Part shown: positions 16,949 to 25,362 of the stretch, one piece after another
Layout of the letters: every line of letters starts with the position of its first letter
Numbering within the stretch: the first letter of the stretch is position 1
Assembly: GCA_043819135.1 (NCBI GenBank)
Contig: JBDRFG010000106.1
Span: 67,612 to 131,611 of the forward strand
Length of the DNA: 64,000 nt
Direction of reading: 5' to 3'
From: Candidatus Eiseniibacteriota bacterium
Lineage (GTDB): Bacteria; Joyebacterota; Joyebacteria; Joyebacterales; Joyebacteraceae
Position numbers and translations under genes: made by a program
The notes under the pieces: model-generated
Told to the model about the DNA's origin: nothing
Databases searched by the model: none
The model's input: only the letters and a program-made list of their open reading frames with translations

Positions 16949-17479
16949 CTAGAAACCCTTCTTCGGCTTCTTCCACAGGTTCCGCTCGTCCTTCTCCTTC
17001 TCTTCGTCCTTCTCTTCGTCCTTCTTGTCGTCCTTCTTGTCGTCCTTCTTGCTCGACAGGTTCGCAGGGGGCGTCGCGCGGCTAGTGCCGGACCCCGGCT
17101 TGGCGAAACCCCAGCCGCTGGATGCCCAGCCTCCGGGACTCCAGAGGTGCCTGGTACCCGTCTCCACCTCTGGCGCATCGTAGTCGTGATCGTAGTCGTG
17201 ATCGTAGTCGTATTGGTCCCACTGCCAGTGGTCGTTGTGCCACCAGGGGGAACCGTAGTAGCTGCCCCAGCGGTTGTGCGAACGTCCGTAGCTGTAGTAC
17301 GGATGACTGTACGGGTGGTAGTAGGCAGCGTCCGCGTGGCAGTCCGCACAGCTTCTGTAGGCGCTGCCCTCATGAGCCACGCTGCTCCCCGTCGGGTGCT
17401 GAAGAACCGTGTAACACCCGGTATTCAGGAGCAGAAGGGAGACCACGAGGAGCGCGCCCGCCTGCGCTGTCCGTTTCAT
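16949..17479 (-). CDS. His/Tyr/Trp-rich lipoprotein with CXXCH motif, YDHD tandem repeats and Lys/Asp/Glu-rich C-terminal tail
   Basis: Lipoprotein signal MKRTAQAGALLVVSLLLLNTG-C. CADCH matches the c-type heme-binding pattern. HPYSHPYYSY and DYDHDYDHDYD repeats. Tail is KKDDKKDDKKDEEKDEEKEKDE...KKPKKGF. GGAGAGGGGA RBS. Upstream of, and probably co-transcribed with, the OMP gene. Confidence 0.6.
   Translation of the reverse strand: MKRTAQAGALLVVSLLLLNTGCYTVLQHPTGSSVAHEGSAYRSCADCHADAAYYHPYSHPYYSYGRSHNRWGSYYGSPWWHNDHWQWDQYDYDHDYDHDYDAPEVETGTRHLWSPGGWASSGWGFAKPGSGTSRATPPANLSSKKDDKKDDKKDEEKDEEKEKDERNLWKKPKKGF
17177..17212. repeat. 12-nt tandem repeat (TAGTCGTGATCG x about 2.7) inside the lipoprotein gene
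   Basis: Direct sequence inspection. Encodes the in-frame DYDH repeat on the minus strand. Confidence 0.5.
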
Positions 17480-17741
17480 ATTGCGTCCCCTCTCCAGCGA
17501 GTGCATCGTTCCATTCTGAAACAACTCTGAAACAGCGGAGTTACCAAGTGAGTTTGACGCCCCGCCAACTTCGTCAATTCAAATATAGCACAGCTCCAGC
17601 ACGCCCCCAAGCGGCATCATGAGGCACCCTCGGGGCCGGCACCCCCCCCGCACGGCGTGGGAGCTCCTCGGGTCCGCACAGAGCTTGAGAGGGACTCTGG
17701 CGCGTGCTAGACTGTGTTCCGTGCACAAGGAGGTTTCTCTG

Positions 17742-19082
17742 TTGGCTTTGTCTCAAGTGAAACGAATCTGCGAGATCACGGCGGTGATTGTCTGCACCGT
17801 CGTTATGCTCGGCGCCTTCAACGCACCCGCCCGGAGCGCCGGGAACACCGCTGAGATCCGTCCCAACTCTCAGGCGTACCTCCACTACAGCCTGGGGCGT
17901 CTCCTGGAGGTCAGCGGCGCGCTGAATGACGCGCTCGTGCAGTACCGCAGGGCGGACTTGTTCGATCCGGACCACTGCGAGGTCAGCGTCGCTGTCGCCC
18001 GCACGCTCCACGCGCTCGGCAGGCTCGAGGAGGCGAGCGACAGGAGTGGGGAGGCTCTTGAGCTGTGCCCGGACAACCTGGAGGCCATCGCCGTCCGCTG
18101 CGAACTCCTGCTCGTCCAGGGCGAGTCCGGGGAAGCGGAACGGATCCTCAGAGAGGTCGCGCTGGGCCAGGACGCGCCGCGGGAGTTAGCGGCGCTGTAC
18201 GGACAGGCTTTGCTGTCGCAGGGACGCACGGAGGATGGGGCCGCGTATCTGCGCTCCCGTTCCGATGTGGATTCGCTCGACCCCGATATCGCCTCCATGC
18301 ACGGCCGCGCCCTGCTGATCCTTGGAGACTCAGAGGGAGCGATCTCCGAGCTGGGGCGGTCTTTGCGACTCGACCCCGGCAACAGGGCCGTCGCCGGCAT
18401 GCTGTCCCGCCTCCTGATAGCTCTGGAGAGACCGGAGGAGGGCGTGCCGCTGCTCGAGTGGATACTCTCCAGATATCGAGCGCTCGAACCCGAGTTCATT
18501 TCTCTGGCCGCAGGCTACTCGATGCTCGACGAACCGGAACGGGCACAGGCGGTCCTCGACACGGCAAGCGCCAGGTTCGGCGATACCGCGCCCATCTTGC
18601 GGGCACGCGGCGCCGCGTACTATGGAGCGGGAGATCTCGACAGCGCCGTCGAAACGTATGAGAAGCTGCTCGAACTGGACGAGGACTCGGTGACGGCGCT
18701 CAACTTCATCGCCTACACGCTGGCCGATGAGGAGCGCGACCTCGAACGCGCTGCCGACTACGCGGTGCGTGCCGTCGCACTCGAGCCGGACAACCCCCTT
18801 CTGCGCGACACGCTGGGCTGGACCCACTTCAAGCTGGGGAGCATGGAGGAGGCGAGACGGGAACTCGACCTCGCGATCGAGCTGGGCGGCGACAACCCGG
18901 TCATACTTGAACACCTGGGCGATGTTCTGCTCGAACTCGGACTGATCGACAGGGCAGTCGCGGTCTGGACGAGGGCACTGGAGCTGTCGCCGGGGCGTGC
19001 CTCCACGATCGAGCGCATCGAATCCGCCGGCGCCACGACACCCGAGGGCTCGCGCGAGTCCCTGACCGGAGAGACACCATGA
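17742..19082 (+). CDS. secreted TPR-repeat protein
   Basis: Multiple 34-aa TPR-like units (AxxxYxxALxxxP patterns) throughout. Signal peptide ...KRICEITAVIVCTVVMLGAFNAPARSA. Start uncertain: TTG at 17742 is 8 nt after an AAGGAGG RBS; GTG at 17757 is the alternative. Confidence 0.65.
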   Translation: MALSQVKRICEITAVIVCTVVMLGAFNAPARSAGNTAEIRPNSQAYLHYSLGRLLEVSGALNDALVQYRRADLFDPDHCEVSVAVARTLHALGRLEEASDRSGEALELCPDNLEAIAVRCELLLVQGESGEAERILREVALGQDAPRELAALYGQALLSQGRTEDGAAYLRSRSDVDSLDPDIASMHGRALLILGDSEGAISELGRSLRLDPGNRAVAGMLSRLLIALERPEEGVPLLEWILSRYRALEPEFISLAAGYSMLDEPERAQAVLDTASARFGDTAPILRARGAAYYGAGDLDSAVETYEKLLELDEDSVTALNFIAYTLADEERDLERAADYAVRAVALEPDNPLLRDTLGWTHFKLGSMEEARRELDLAIELGGDNPVILEHLGDVLLELGLIDRAVAVWTRALELSPGRASTIERIESAGATTPEGSRESLTGETP

Positions 19083-19882
19083 GAGTTCTACCGGTCCTGG
19101 GCGTTGCAGTGCTGACACTGCTCGCGGGCTGTGCGCCCGCACCGCGAGTGGGGGAGCCCGTTGGGCCTTCCGAGCTCACAGCGTTGGTGGACGCGATCAA
19201 CTCGGGCCTCCCCGGGGCCGACAGCTACCGGGGAACCGGAGAGGGCGAAATAACGCTGTCCGGAAGAACGGTCGACGTGGCGTTCGCCGTCGTCTACGAG
19301 CGGCCGGGCTGGCTCAGGGCCGATATCAGACCGGCGCTCGGAACGCTCGGCGCGTCTCTGACCACCCTCGCCCTCCTGGAGGGAGAATGCGCCCGTCTCT
19401 ACCTCCCGGCGCGCCTGCTGGTAGTGACCGCGTGTCTTTCGGATTTCGCCGGTTACGGCGACTGGCTCGATCCCGCATCGCTCATTCTGGGACTGCCGGA
19501 CGCCTCCTTCATCACGAGGATGACCGGGGTCACGGCCACGCGCAGGGGCGGACTCCTGACTCTCGACGGCCTGGCGGAGGGTTCGCGCGTCCGGGTGAAG
19601 GTCGACGTGGCCCGCTCGGTCATCACGGAGATCGAACTCGGTCGCGAAGACGCGGATGAGTATCTGAGCCTGACCTACAGCGGACACGGCTGGAAGCCGG
19701 GAACGACAGCGCCGAAAACGGTTGAACTCGCGGCGCTCGAGGGTGAGAGTCGCGAGGTGGGGATCACTATCAGGTACGACTCGCTGCGCGGAGGCGAGGC
19801 GGTCGACCGCGGCGCGTACGACCTCGGGGTTCCCCCCGGCGCTCTCGAGGTCGACTGGAAAGAACTCAACATCTGGAGGTGA
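19079..19882 (+). CDS. lipoprotein of unknown function (LolB/DUF4292-like candidate)
   Basis: Lipobox LTLLAG-C. ATGA overlap with the TPR gene stop. Confidence 0.5.
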   Translation: MRVLPVLGVAVLTLLAGCAPAPRVGEPVGPSELTALVDAINSGLPGADSYRGTGEGEITLSGRTVDVAFAVVYERPGWLRADIRPALGTLGASLTTLALLEGECARLYLPARLLVVTACLSDFAGYGDWLDPASLILGLPDASFITRMTGVTATRRGGLLTLDGLAEGSRVRVKVDVARSVITEIELGREDADEYLSLTYSGHGWKPGTTAPKTVELAALEGESREVGITIRYDSLRGGEAVDRGAYDLGVPPGALEVDWKELNIWR

Positions 19883-19895
19883 AGCGGGGGTGAAG

Positions 19896-20903
19896 ATGAA
19901 GAAGCTCGAAGGCGGACTGGTCCGTCTCACGCTTTGCGTGGTGGCTCTCGCGGCGCTTCTGTCGTGCTCGGGTCCGGTGGTGACCGCGGTCGGCGACAGT
20001 GACGACCTGGTTGTCATCTACGATGAGGGTTCGTCCGAACTCGTCGAGCTCGTGGTCGCCTCCCTGGAATCCCCGAGGAGCTGGCTTCTGGACGAGCCGG
20101 CGTTCAAAACGACCCTGACAACGCTCGAGGAATCCGGGGACCTGAAGAACCTGAGGCACGTGCTTCTCGTCGGCACCTGGGAGAGCGGGGCGGTCGGAAG
20201 GATGGCGCGGGAGGTGTTCCCCGGACTTGCCGAAGGTGACCCTGCTGCCCTGCACTTCACCGACGACGTGTGGGCGAAGCGCCAGCTGGTCGGAGCGGTG
20301 ATGGGCGCGAACTCCGAGGCGGTCGCGGCGTTCATTCGTGACCGGGGAGACCAGGTTCGCGACGACCTCGAGGCTGCGGCGCTCAGGCGCCTGTCGACCT
20401 CGCTTCGCGAGACAGCCGTCGAGGCCGGCATGGCGGCCGCGTTGTCCGAACGCTTCGGATGGTCCGTGAGTCCCCCGAGCGGCTACGACTTCTACACGAC
20501 CGACGCGGAGGATGGGTTCGTGTTCTTCCGCAGAACGCGGCCCGACAGGACCGTCTTCGTCTACTGGACGAGCGGCGCCCCCGAGTTCGTGTCCGAGCAG
20601 TTCGCACTGTCCAGGCGCGACGAGCTGGCCGGGCGCTACCTCGACGGTGACGCCATCGAGTGGAACCGCCCCGTCGAGGCCGAGCGAGTCGACTTCCTGG
20701 GCCGACGTGTAGTTCGCGTGTCGGGATGGTGGGGCAACAGAACGCTCGTAGGGGGAGGGCCGTTTCGGACGTACTGCTTCTACGAGCCGTCACAGGAGCG
20801 CGTGTACCTTGTGGACGTCAGCCTGTTCGCTCCCGGCTTCGACAAGACGGCGCTCATGCGAAATCTCGACGCGATCGCGCACACCTTCACGGTGGAAGGC
20901 TGA
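19896..20903 (+). CDS. lipoprotein of unknown function
   Basis: Lipobox ALLS-C after MKKLEGGLVRLTLCVVALA. Start trimmed to the ATG at 19896; GTG at 19890 is the alternative. Confidence 0.5.
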   Translation: MKKLEGGLVRLTLCVVALAALLSCSGPVVTAVGDSDDLVVIYDEGSSELVELVVASLESPRSWLLDEPAFKTTLTTLEESGDLKNLRHVLLVGTWESGAVGRMAREVFPGLAEGDPAALHFTDDVWAKRQLVGAVMGANSEAVAAFIRDRGDQVRDDLEAAALRRLSTSLRETAVEAGMAAALSERFGWSVSPPSGYDFYTTDAEDGFVFFRRTRPDRTVFVYWTSGAPEFVSEQFALSRRDELAGRYLDGDAIEWNRPVEAERVDFLGRRVVRVSGWWGNRTLVGGGPFRTYCFYEPSQERVYLVDVSLFAPGFDKTALMRNLDAIAHTFTVEG

Positions 20904-21109
20904 TCGCCCCCGGCTCCATATCGACCTGGCGTCGCCCCGGGGAGACCGGGCTCACGACGACGCCCGGCACGCCCGCGGCGCCGGGGAGGAAGAAGTCCGG
21001 CGAGGCTTTCAACTTGACATACGGTACACGCTCTGATACCTTCACCCTGCCTTTGACTGGGTAACAGCTTCCCCTGCCGCACGGCGGCCGGGCGCGGGAG
21101 ACACCGCGA

Positions 21110-21769
21110 ATGGCCCCTCTATCTGTCGATTTCACCGACCGAATAGGCGAGCTCGAGTCCGAGCTTGCTCACGAGCCCTCTCCAGGAGTATTTGCGCCTC
21201 TCGCAGAGGCGTACAGGCTGTCAGGGCGGATTGACAGTGCGCTCGAAACGGCCCGGCGCGGCGTCGAGGCGTACCCGGATCACCTGGGGATACGCATCGT
21301 CCTCGCGAGGGCCATCGCCGTCTCCGAAGGACGTGCGGAGGCGCTACGGGCGTACGAGGATGTGCTCGCGCGTGATGCCCGCAATCTCGAGGCACGGGCC
21401 TTCGTTGAGGCCGCGGCGGAGGTGGTGGAAACACCGGTCCAGGAGGAGGCACACGTGCCTCCCAACGACGGGATGTGGTCCCCGGCTCTCGAGGGAGGCG
21501 CGGAACCCGGCTACCGGACAGGCACCAGCTCTCTCTCCGAGGAGCTCGCTCACCTCGCTGACCTGTTCGTGCCCGCTGGCACGGACTCCGATACGCCGTC
21601 GCTCGGCCCCTCGAGCATAGCGACACTCACGCTCGCGGAGATATATTCGAGACAGGGGCTGTACGGCAAAGCCGCGGAGGTCTGCGAGCGCATCCTGGAA
21701 CGCGAACCCGACAATGAAAGGGCAAGATCGGCCCTGGAGGAATACCGAAGACACCCGGCGACGGTGTAG
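21110..21769 (+). CDS. TPR-repeat protein
   Basis: About three TPR units (PLAEAYRLSGRIDSALE, GKAAEVCERILEREPDNERA). Confidence 0.6.
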   Translation: MAPLSVDFTDRIGELESELAHEPSPGVFAPLAEAYRLSGRIDSALETARRGVEAYPDHLGIRIVLARAIAVSEGRAEALRAYEDVLARDARNLEARAFVEAAAEVVETPVQEEAHVPPNDGMWSPALEGGAEPGYRTGTSSLSEELAHLADLFVPAGTDSDTPSLGPSSIATLTLAEIYSRQGLYGKAAEVCERILEREPDNERARSALEEYRRHPATV

Positions 21770-21873
21770 GATCGCACGGTCCGATGGGAAGCCGACCGGC
21801 CGGAGTGTCACCAGTGGTTGCGGAGAGCTGCCTCGTGCGAGGAAGCGTCCCTGCCTGAAGGCCCCATCGTTCT

Positions 21874-21935
21874 GCACGTCCCGGCGATCGAAAACCACGC
21901 ACGATCGCCGGGACGTGCCTGAATTCGGGCTTTTT
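21874..21935 (+). terminator. long perfect hairpin (17-bp stem, 11-nt loop) followed by GGGCTTTTT; terminator or REP-like element
   Basis: GCACGTCCCGGCGATCG-aaaaccacgca-CGATCGCCGGGACGTGC, then CTTTTT at 21930-21935. Lies about 100 nt downstream of the TPR gene stop. Confidence 0.45.
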
Positions 21936-22036
21936 CGAGCAGGAACATACGTGTTGACGGGGTGCGACGCGGGATTGTATCCTGCGTCAGTTGCGCCGGT
22001 AGCGGCAATTCTGTGGCCCACACTCATGAGAGCTAC

Positions 22037-22594
22037 ATGGCGACGAGCAATGACTTTTACAACGGCATGGTCATCCGGAAGGACGGCAAGCTCTTCACGA
22101 TAGTCGAATTTCTTCACGTCAAGCCCGGCAAGGGCGGGGCGTTCGTGAGGAGCAAGCTTAAGGAAGTGAAGTCCGGACGCGTTCTCGATGTCACATGGAG
22201 GGCCGGGGAGAAGGTGGAAAACGTGCGCCTGGAACGGCGCAAGACGCAGTACCTATACAAGGACGACCATTACAACTTCATGAAGCTGGACGACTACGAC
22301 CAGCTCTCGCTAACAGCTGAGGCCATCGGTGGGGACAAAGCCCAGTTTTTGAAGGATGGGCTGGAAGTTGAGATGCTCTTCGACGGCGACACGCCCGTGA
22401 TCGTCGAACTGCCCAACTTCGTCGAACTGAAGGTCATTGCAACGGATCCCGGAGTCAAGGGAGACACTGTCTCCGGAGGCTCCAAGCCGGCGACCCTCGA
22501 GACCGGGGCGATCGTGCAGGTTCCCTTGTTCGTTGAAGAGGGCGAGCGACTCAAGATCGACACGCGCACGGGGGCCTACGTTTCGCGCGTCTGA
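22037..22594 (+). CDS. efp: elongation factor P
   Basis: MATSNDFYNGMVIRKDGKLFTIVEFLHVKPGKGGAFVRSKLK is canonical EF-P, including the KPGKGxA loop. Start trimmed from the track ORF. Confidence 0.9.
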   Translation: MATSNDFYNGMVIRKDGKLFTIVEFLHVKPGKGGAFVRSKLKEVKSGRVLDVTWRAGEKVENVRLERRKTQYLYKDDHYNFMKLDDYDQLSLTAEAIGGDKAQFLKDGLEVEMLFDGDTPVIVELPNFVELKVIATDPGVKGDTVSGGSKPATLETGAIVQVPLFVEEGERLKIDTRTGAYVSRV

Positions 22595-22625
22595 GCGGCG
22601 CCCGAGCGCTTCATCCGGAGGTCAG

Positions 22626-23090
22626 ATGGACAGGAAGAGAATCGAGGAACTCATCAGGCTGGTTGAGGAGAGTGACATCAGCGAACTGACCGTGTCGGGT
22701 CCGTTGAGTTCCGTGAAGATAGTGAAGGAAGCTCCGAGCGCAGTGACGCCCGTCGTGGCCGCACACGCTCCGTCCGCCTCGGCGGAACCCGCCGCGCGGC
22801 CCGCGGACTCGGGTGAGGAAGCGTCCGACGACGACGATCGCGACTCCGGGCTCGTTCCGATAGAGTCGCCCATGGTCGGAACGTTCTACTCGTCGCCGTC
22901 TCCGGGGTCACCTCCGTACGTCCGGCAGGGCGATCACGTGAACAGCGGACAGGTAGTCTGCATCGTCGAAGCGATGAAGCTGATGAACGAGATCGAATCC
23001 GAGGTCAGCGGGACCATCGTGCGCGTAGCGGCGAAGGACGCCAAGGCCGTCGAGTTCGGGCAGACACTGTTCATGGTCGAGCCAGACTGA
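22626..23090 (+). CDS. accB: acetyl-CoA carboxylase biotin carboxyl carrier protein
   Basis: C-terminal biotinyl domain with EAMKLMNEI (biotinylated Lys in AMKM/L). Ala/Pro-rich linker. GGAGG RBS. Confidence 0.85.
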   Translation: MDRKRIEELIRLVEESDISELTVSGPLSSVKIVKEAPSAVTPVVAAHAPSASAEPAARPADSGEEASDDDDRDSGLVPIESPMVGTFYSSPSPGSPPYVRQGDHVNSGQVVCIVEAMKLMNEIESEVSGTIVRVAAKDAKAVEFGQTLFMVEPD

Positions 23091-23121
23091 CAGCTCGACA
23101 CATGCCTGAGAGGAAGCTGAT

Positions 23122-24489
23122 ATGTTCGGCAAGGTGCTCGTGGCCAACAGAGGTGAGATCGCGCTGCGCGTGATGCGTGCCTGCAAGGAGCTGGACATCC
23201 CCACGGTCGCCATCCACTCCGAGGCGGACGAAGACTCACTTCATGTAAAGTTCGCAGACGAGGCCGTCTGCGTGGGACCGGCGCACGGTGGCCTGAGCTA
23301 TCTCGACGTCAAGGCGATAATCTCTGCCTGCGAAGTGACGGGCGCGGACGCGCTGCACCCGGGCTACGGCTTCCTTGCTGAGAACGCCGATTTCGCCGAG
23401 ATGTGCCAGGCGCACGACGTCACCTTCATAGGACCCACCGCGGACATGATGCGGAGACTGGGAGACAAGGCCAAGGCGCGCGCCCTGATGTCGGCATGGG
23501 GTGTCCCGGTGATCCCCGGCAGTGAGGGCACCGTCGCGGACGCCGAGGAGGGGACCAGGGTCGCCGAATCACTCGGCTATCCGGTAATGATCAAAGCTTC
23601 CGCCGGTGGGGGCGGCAAGGGCATGCGAGAGGCCGCGGACCCGACCGAGTTCGCAGCGAACTTCCTGATGGCGAGAACCGAGGCCGAGGCCGCCTTCGGC
23701 AACGGCGATATCTACATCGAAAAGCTCATCCTGGAACCACGCCACATCGAATTCCAGATACTGGGCGACACCCATGGCACCATCGTGCACCTTGGAGAGA
23801 GGGACTGCTCGATCCAGCGCCGGCACCAGAAACTGATAGAGGAGTCTCCGTCACCGGCGGTCACGCCCGAACTGCGTGAGCGGATGGGGGAGGCGGCGGT
23901 ACGGGGCGCCAGAGGCGCGGGGTACGTCAGCGCCGGCACGGTGGAGTTCCTTCTCGATGCGCGCGATAACTTCTACTTCATGGAGATGAACACGCGGATT
24001 CAGGTCGAGCATCCCGTCACCGAACTCGTGACCGGCGTCGACCTGGTGAAGGAGCAGATCAGGATCGCGGCGGGCGAGCGCATCAGCGTCGACCAGGGGA
24101 AGCTGGGGCTCAGAGGTAACGCGATGGAGTGCCGCATCAATGCGGAGGACCCTGAGAGGAACTTCGCTCCCTGTCCCGGGACGGTCACGGAATTCTACGT
24201 GCCCGGCGGCCCGGGAATCAGAGTCGACACGCACGTCTTCAGCGGATACGTGATCCCTCCGCACTACGACTCGATGATCGCCAAGCTCCTTGCCCACGGA
24301 AACACCAGAGAAGAGGCCATCGCGCGCATGCGACGCGCACTGAGCGAGTTCGTTATCGAGGGCGTCGCGACCACGATACCTTTCCATACCGAGATGATGA
24401 ACGACCCCGACTTCCGAGCCGGCAGGTTCGACACCGGCACACTCGAGCGCAAAAAAAAAGCCCATGAGGAGCTGGTTGCAGCTGTCTAG
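23122..24489 (+). CDS. accC: acetyl-CoA carboxylase biotin carboxylase subunit
   Basis: [26 protein letters not shown]...; ATP-grasp and biotin carboxylase motifs throughout. 455 aa. Confidence 0.95.
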   Translation: MFGKVLVANRGEIALRVMRACKELDIPTVAIHSEADEDSLHVKFADEAVCVGPAHGGLSYLDVKAIISACEVTGADALHPGYGFLAENADFAEMCQAHDVTFIGPTADMMRRLGDKAKARALMSAWGVPVIPGSEGTVADAEEGTRVAESLGYPVMIKASAGGGGKGMREAADPTEFAANFLMARTEAEAAFGNGDIYIEKLILEPRHIEFQILGDTHGTIVHLGERDCSIQRRHQKLIEESPSPAVTPELRERMGEAAVRGARGAGYVSAGTVEFLLDARDNFYFMEMNTRIQVEHPVTELVTGVDLVKEQIRIAAGERISVDQGKLGLRGNAMECRINAEDPERNFAPCPGTVTEFYVPGGPGIRVDTHVFSGYVIPPHYDSMIAKLLAHGNTREEAIARMRRALSEFVIEGVATTIPFHTEMMNDPDFRAGRFDTGTLERKKKAHEELVAAV

Positions 24490-24491
24490 CC

Positions 24492-25229
24492 ATGGAACTC
24501 AGCCTCTACACGCGTCCAAGTGACTTCTCAGAGTCCGAATCGAAGGGCAAGTGCGTCGTCGTCATAGACGTTCTGCGCGCTTCCAGTACGATCATCCACG
24601 CCTGTGAGAGCGGTGTCGAGCGCATCATACCGGTGGCCTCCGTGGAGGACGCCACGAAGCTCGTGTCAACCCTCGACCGCAAGAAGACCCTCCTGGGCGG
24701 CGAGCGGGAGGGCATCAAGATCGACGGGTTCGACCTGGGCAATTCACCTCTCGAGTACTCCAGCAAAGTAGTCGAAGGGAAGACGCTCATATTCTCCACT
24801 TCGAACGGCACCATCGCCATCACGAGGAGCGCGTCGGCGAAGGAGATCGTACTCGGCTGCTTCCTGAACCTGGCCGCCGTTGCGACACACGTCATATCGG
24901 GCCGCGCCAAGAAGGTCGCGTTGCTCTGCGCAGGAGACCTCGGGCAGCTGTCGCTCGAGGATTTCGTGTGCGGCGGGCATCTGGTCGACCGAATCGTGAC
25001 AGGCACGCGGGCCAAGACCACGCTCAACGACGGCGCGGTCGCGGCCAGGGCGCTGGCCAATGCCCTTGGAGACGTCGGAGAGGTGGTCAGGAGTTCCTCC
25101 CACGGCCTCCATCTGGCGGAGCTCGGATTCGAGAGCGACCTTGAGTTCTGCTCGCAAGTGGACAAGTACGGAACCGCTCCCGTCGTCGTTGACGGGAGGA
25201 TCTCCCTGCAGAACTCCCACCGTCGCTAG
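24492..25229 (+). CDS. comB: 2-phosphosulfolactate phosphatase ComB-family protein
   Basis: VVIDVLRASSTII...GGEREG...GNSP matches the ComB family. Confidence 0.7.
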   Translation: MELSLYTRPSDFSESESKGKCVVVIDVLRASSTIIHACESGVERIIPVASVEDATKLVSTLDRKKTLLGGEREGIKIDGFDLGNSPLEYSSKVVEGKTLIFSTSNGTIAITRSASAKEIVLGCFLNLAAVATHVISGRAKKVALLCAGDLGQLSLEDFVCGGHLVDRIVTGTRAKTTLNDGAVAARALANALGDVGEVVRSSSHGLHLAELGFESDLEFCSQVDKYGTAPVVVDGRISLQNSHRR

Positions 25230-25362
25230 ACGGTTGCTCTCGGCCCGGGACGGACGGTGACCGCCGCACGCCGCGCGAGTTCGGCGTACCCGGGTCAGCC
25301 GACAGTGAGCACGGTCGAGAACGAGTGACGACGGACACATCACGAACGGGAGGACCTGATAC

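Noticed and set aside
21013-21045. TTGACA-containing promoter-like element upstream of the second TPR gene
   Set aside because: The -10 hexamer at correct spacing is poor (TACCTT), so it is not reported as a feature.
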